NCBI GenBank assembly: GCA_963742735.1
Contig: CAVUMN010000001.1
Coordinates: 227,571 to 291,570, forward strand
From: an uncultured Actinomycetes bacterium
Lineage (GTDB): Bacteria > Actinomycetota > UBA4738 > JBBDTT01
Direction of reading: 5' to 3'
Length of the DNA: 64,000 nt
Every line of letters begins with the position of its first letter. The first letter of the stretch is position 1. Position numbers and translations under genes: made by a program. The notes under the pieces are model-generated. The model made no database searches, was not told where the DNA came from, and was given only the letters and a program-made list of their open reading frames with translations. Positions 60,432 to 64,000 of the stretch are shown piece after piece.

Positions 60432-61420
60432 CGCTCGAGCCGCTCCCGGGCCCGGCCGGCGTCGATCGACTCGGCGGCGGCGGCCAGGCCGTCCTGAAGG
60501 CTCGCCGAGTGCCCCGCCACGTGCAGGGCGGCGGCCGCGTTCAGCAGGACGATGTCGCGGGGGGCTCCGGCCTCGCCGTCGAGCACGGCCCGGGTGATGG
60601 CGACGTTGCGCGCGACGTCTCCCCCCACCAGGTCTCCGCCGGCGGCGATGGCCAGCCCCAGGGCCGCCGGATCGAGCTCCTCCTCGTCCACCCGGCCGTC
60701 CCGGACCTGCAGGACCACCGTGGGACCCGTCGTGGTCAGCTCGTCGAGGCCGTCCTGTCCGCGGACGACCATCGCCCGCGTCCCCCGGGCGGCCAGCACG
60801 CCGGCGAGCTTCGGCAGCATCCGCGGGTCGCTCACCCCGATCACCTGCGCGAAGGGACGGGCCGGGTTCGTCAGGGGCCCCAGGAAGTTGAACACCGTCG
60901 GGATCCCCAGCTCCGCGCGGGCCGGGCCGGCGTTGGCCATCGCCGGGTGGAACGTCCGGGCGAACATGAAGCCGATGCCGACGTCGGCCAGGCAGCGGGC
61001 GACGCCCTCGGCGTCCAGGTCGATCTTGACCCCGAGGCCCTCGAGCAGGTCCGCCGACCCGCACTGGGATGACGCCGCCCGGTTGCCGTGCTTCGCCACC
61101 GCGACGCCGGCGCCGGCCACGACGATGGCGGCGATCGTCGAGACGTTGAGGGTTCCGGCGCGGTCGCCTCCGGTGCCGCACGTGTCGATCACGGGCCCGG
61201 GCGTGGTCACCGGGACGGCCCGCTCGAGCATGGCGCCCGCGAACCCCTCGACCTCCTCGACGGTCTCGCCCTTCGCTCGCAGCGCGACGACGAACCCCGC
61301 GATCTGGGCGGGCGAGGCCTCGCCGTCCATGATCGCCCCCATCGCACCCCGCGCCTCCTCGGAGGAGAGCGACTCGCCCGACAGGATGCGGGTCAGCAGG
61401 GGAGGCCAGACGTCGGTCAC
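60404..61420 (-). CDS. trpD: Anthranilate phosphoribosyltransferase
   Basis: DTCGTGGD, NVST, KHGNRAASS, GSAD, FNFLGPLTNP and DGLDE motifs. Confidence 0.96.
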   Translation of the reverse strand: MTDVWPPLLTRILSGESLSSEEARGAMGAIMDGEASPAQIAGFVVALRAKGETVEEVEGFAGAMLERAVPVTTPGPVIDTCGTGGDRAGTLNVSTIAAIVVAGAGVAVAKHGNRAASSQCGSADLLEGLGVKIDLDAEGVARCLADVGIGFMFARTFHPAMANAGPARAELGIPTVFNFLGPLTNPARPFAQVIGVSDPRMLPKLAGVLAARGTRAMVVRGQDGLDELTTTGPTVVLQVRDGRVDEEELDPAALGLAIAAGGDLVGGDVARNVAITRAVLDGEAGAPRDIVLLNAAAALHVAGHSASLQDGLAAAAESIDAGRARERLERWAEASNAS

Positions 61421-62595
61421 GGGGCGGGCTCCGGCACGCCGTGCCATCCGCCGAACCCGAAGTCCCCGGCCGTGGCCGAACGGCCCATGATCAGCCGCTG
61501 GATCTGGTTCGTGCCCTCCACGATCTGGAGCTGCTTCGCGTCCCGGTACGCCCGCTCCACCGGGTGCTCCTGGGAGTAGCCGCGCGCGCCGAGGACCTGG
61601 ATGGCGTTGCTGGCCACGCGCTCGGCCACCTCGGTGGGGAACGCCTTCGACGTGGCGAGCTCACCCGCGTGCTCCTTGCCGATCTCGCCGCGGTCGACCT
61701 TCCACGCGGCGCGGTAGGTCAGCAGGCGGGCGGCCTCGATCTCCATGGCCATCTCGGCCAGCGTGAACAGGACCCACTCGTGGCGAGCGATGGGCTGCCC
61801 GAACGTCTCTCGCTGCAGCGCGTAGGCCCGGGCGTACTCGAAGCACCCCTCGGCCAGGCCGATCGCACGGGCCCCGATCACCGGACGCATCGAGTTCAGG
61901 CCCTCCATGGCGACCTTGAACCCCTCGCCCTCGGCGCCGACCCGGTTCGCCTCGGGGACCTCCGCCCCATGGAACCGGACCTCGCCGATGGCGACGCCGC
62001 GCACGCCCATCTTCGGGACCGGCTCGGAGAGCTCCACGCCCTGCGTGTCGCGGTCGACGACGAAGCAGCTCACCTGATCGCCGGTCTTGGCGAAGGTCGT
62101 GTAGAACCCGGCCTCGCGGTACTGGCTGACCCAGGACTTCACGCCGGCCAGGCGGTAGCCCTCGCCGTCGCGCGTCGCCTGCGTGGCCATGCTGGCCACG
62201 TCGGATCCCGCACCGGGCTCGGTGAGGGCGAACGAGCACACCGCCTCCCCGCGCGCGGCCCTGCCGCCGTACTTCGCCCGCTGCTCGTCCGAGCCGTGGA
62301 GCATGAACGGGGCGGTGGCCAGGCGCGACAGGGTCAGGACCAGGCCGGTGGCGGCGCAGTACTTCGCGATCTCCTCCACCGCCAGCACCAGGCCGAGCGT
62401 GCCCAGCCCGGCGCCCCCGATCTCCTCGGGGAAGCACGCGCCGAACAGTCCGGCCGCGCGCATGCCCTCCACGCCCTCGATCGGGTACCGGGCGTCGCGG
62501 TCGACCTCGGCCGCGAAGGGGGCGACCGACGTCTCGGCCACCGATCGCGCGCGGTCGCGCAGCTCGGCGTGTGCCGGGGAGAGCTCGAAGTCCAT
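61417..62595 (-). CDS. Acyl-CoA dehydrogenase
   Basis: FALTEPGAGSD, GVKSWV, KMGVRG and YRDAK..QIVEGTNQIQR motifs. Confidence 0.94.
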   Translation of the reverse strand: MDFELSPAHAELRDRARSVAETSVAPFAAEVDRDARYPIEGVEGMRAAGLFGACFPEEIGGAGLGTLGLVLAVEEIAKYCAATGLVLTLSRLATAPFMLHGSDEQRAKYGGRAARGEAVCSFALTEPGAGSDVASMATQATRDGEGYRLAGVKSWVSQYREAGFYTTFAKTGDQVSCFVVDRDTQGVELSEPVPKMGVRGVAIGEVRFHGAEVPEANRVGAEGEGFKVAMEGLNSMRPVIGARAIGLAEGCFEYARAYALQRETFGQPIARHEWVLFTLAEMAMEIEAARLLTYRAAWKVDRGEIGKEHAGELATSKAFPTEVAERVASNAIQVLGARGYSQEHPVERAYRDAKQLQIVEGTNQIQRLIMGRSATAGDFGFGGWHGVPEPAP

Positions 62596-62605
62596 CAGGC
62601 AGCGC

Positions 62606-62713
62606 TCAGCGCAGCGCCCACACCAGCGCGCCGACGATCAGGGCCAGGGCCGAGACCAGCATCACGACGTCGCCCCGCTTGATCTTGCCGGGCTGCATGG
62701 CGTTGAAGCCCAC
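62606..62713 (-). CDS. Small membrane peptide, 30-35 aa
   Basis: MGFNAMQPGKIKRGDVVMLVSALALIVGALVWALR; GGGGAG RBS; fills the operon gap. Confidence 0.55.
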   Translation of the reverse strand: MGFNAMQPGKIKRGDVVMLVSALALIVGALVWALR

Positions 62714-62715
62714 GG

Positions 62716-62937
62716 CTACTCCCCCGGCTCGTCGAGCTTGTAGTACGAGCGGAACTTCGGCTCGGACAGCCAGTAGATGTGCTGCTGGACGGTCGAGGCG
62801 AACGTCCGGGCCTCGGCCTCGTCGCCGCACGCCCGGTGGAAGACCGACCGGCCGTCGGGGTCGAGGATCTGCACGTCCCAGCCGCCCTCCTCGGTGACGT
62901 TCACGGTGTATCGATTGTCGGTCTGCGTCTCCGTCAT
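62716..62937 (-). CDS. Hypothetical protein, 73 aa
   Basis: The ATG overlaps the upstream stop; GC3-rich codons. Confidence 0.72.
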   Translation of the reverse strand: MTETQTDNRYTVNVTEEGGWDVQILDPDGRSVFHRACGDEAEARTFASTVQQHIYWLSEPKFRSYYKLDEPGE

Positions 62938-63227
62938 CGGGCGGTCACCGCCTTGCGGTCGACGTTGATGCGATCGAGCTGCGTGCGGAGGATGCCGAGC
63001 ACCGACTCCTCGTCGATGAGGAGCGATCCGTGCATGTCCGCGATCTCGCTGAGCTTGTCCTGGAGGGCCGTCCCCGCGATCTGGGCGTGCTCCAGCGCCT
63101 CGGCGAGGAGGCCCGTGTAGTCGTTGTTGAACGGTTGGCCGTCCCAGGGACAGTGGCCGTTCGAGTCGACGATCTGCGACACGAGGACCTCTCGTCCGCA
63201 CACCTCGTGCATGCCCTTGATCTTCAC
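62934..63227 (-). CDS. Hypothetical protein, 97 aa, with HxxC/CPWD
   Basis: AAGGAG RBS; the GTG overlaps the upstream stop. Confidence 0.72.
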   Translation of the reverse strand: MKIKGMHEVCGREVLVSQIVDSNGHCPWDGQPFNNDYTGLLAEALEHAQIAGTALQDKLSEIADMHGSLLIDEESVLGILRTQLDRINVDRKAVTAR

Positions 63228-63634
63228 GCGGTCTCCTTGCTCTGCATCTCGGGGTTTCGGGGTCGCTGGACGAGGCCGATCACCGTGTCGGCCAGGGCGA
63301 AGGGGTCGACCGGCTTGGTGAACCACGCGTCGGCACCGGACCACTGGGCCAGCCACCAGTCCTGTGCCCGGTCGAGCAGGACCACGATCCCGCCCGTGAA
63401 CGGATCGGCCGCGCCGCGGAGGTCCTTGGCCAGCGCGAACGCGCCGGCCCGGCTGCTGGACTCCTCGGCCACCACCACCGCCGGGCCCTCTCGCCACGTG
63501 CGCGCGATGCCCTCCACGCCGTCGGAGGCCTCCAGGAACGTCACCTCGACGCCCAGGGCCCGCTCGATGCTCGCCACCGCGACCGCCATCTGCTCGCGCA
63601 TCTTCGGATCGGCGGACACCAGCAGGACTTTCAC
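63224..63634 (-). CDS. Atypical receiver-domain protein (Rv3143-like)
   Basis: VLLVS, D.WLA.WSGAD and KPVDPF motifs; TAGAAT 8 nt upstream. Confidence 0.8.
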   Translation of the reverse strand: MKVLLVSADPKMREQMAVAVASIERALGVEVTFLEASDGVEGIARTWREGPAVVVAEESSSRAGAFALAKDLRGAADPFTGGIVVLLDRAQDWWLAQWSGADAWFTKPVDPFALADTVIGLVQRPRNPEMQSKETA

Positions 63635-63713
63635 GGCTCCGAATTCTACGTGCTAGCGTCCGCGCGGCCCCTTCCCACGCGCCGTTGGAGCTCCCGAAGC
63701 GAGGAGGTCAGCG

Positions 63714-64000
63714 TTGATCAAGGTCTGGCAGCAGGCCGTCGCCGAGTTCGTCGGAACGTTCGCACTCATCTTCATCGCGGCCGGGTCGGTGGTGGTCCTC
63801 ACCGCGCTCCAGGTGGACGCGGGACTCCTTTCGGTGGCGTTCGCCCACGGACTGGTCATCGCGGTGATGGTCACCGCGGTCGGGCACATCTCCGGCGGGC
63901 ACTTCAATCCGGCGGTCACGATCGGGGCCTGGGTGGCCGGCAAGATCGAGACCCCGCGGGTGATCGTCTACCTGGTCACGAAGAACACGGCGGCGGCAGT
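63714..64000 (+). CDS. MIP/aquaporin family channel, partial
   Basis: GAGGAGG then TTG; AEFVGTFALIF and HISGGHFNPAVT motifs. Confidence 0.9.
   Translation, partial: MIKVWQQAVAEFVGTFALIFIAAGSVVVLTALQVDAGLLSVAFAHGLVIAVMVTAVGHISGGHFNPAVTIGAWVAGKIETPRVIVYLVTKNTAAA

Overview
High-GC Actinomycetota chromosomal segment, almost fully coding, with about 70 genes. The backbone is the familiar actinobacterial run: PASTA kinase, nfo, pfkA, plsC, esterase, EEP, ROK, ArsA, SRPBCC, metallophosphoesterase, acyl-CoA synthetase, GT4, DEDD/GIY-YIG nuclease, trpD and a receiver protein. Accessory modules are interspersed: (i) TPP riboswitch-thiG-thiH, where the riboswitch overlaps the upstream gene's stop codon; (ii) an Rpf-domain protein read in frame into glycerol kinase; (iii) a sulfotransferase/alpha-beta-hydrolase/Wzm-Wzt/glycosyltransferase surface-glycan locus; (iv) two convergent secreted beta-helix paralogues with a predicted N-terminal His; (v) an ArcE-like (COG2403) gene followed by carbamate kinase; (vi) the best candidate for an undescribed system, a TetR-linked cluster at 43-51 kb. 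It encodes three exported or membrane proteins that each end in a type-1-copper cupredoxin domain: a PQQ-type propeller, a PHM-like copper monooxygenase and a His-rich membrane protein. An amidohydrolase and a small secreted protein lie in the same operon. Several genes carry single-base frameshifts typical of long-read error, so apparent fusions and pseudogenes need caution. I saw no rRNA, tRNA, CRISPR array or mobile element. All calls come from motif recognition by eye; no database search was run.
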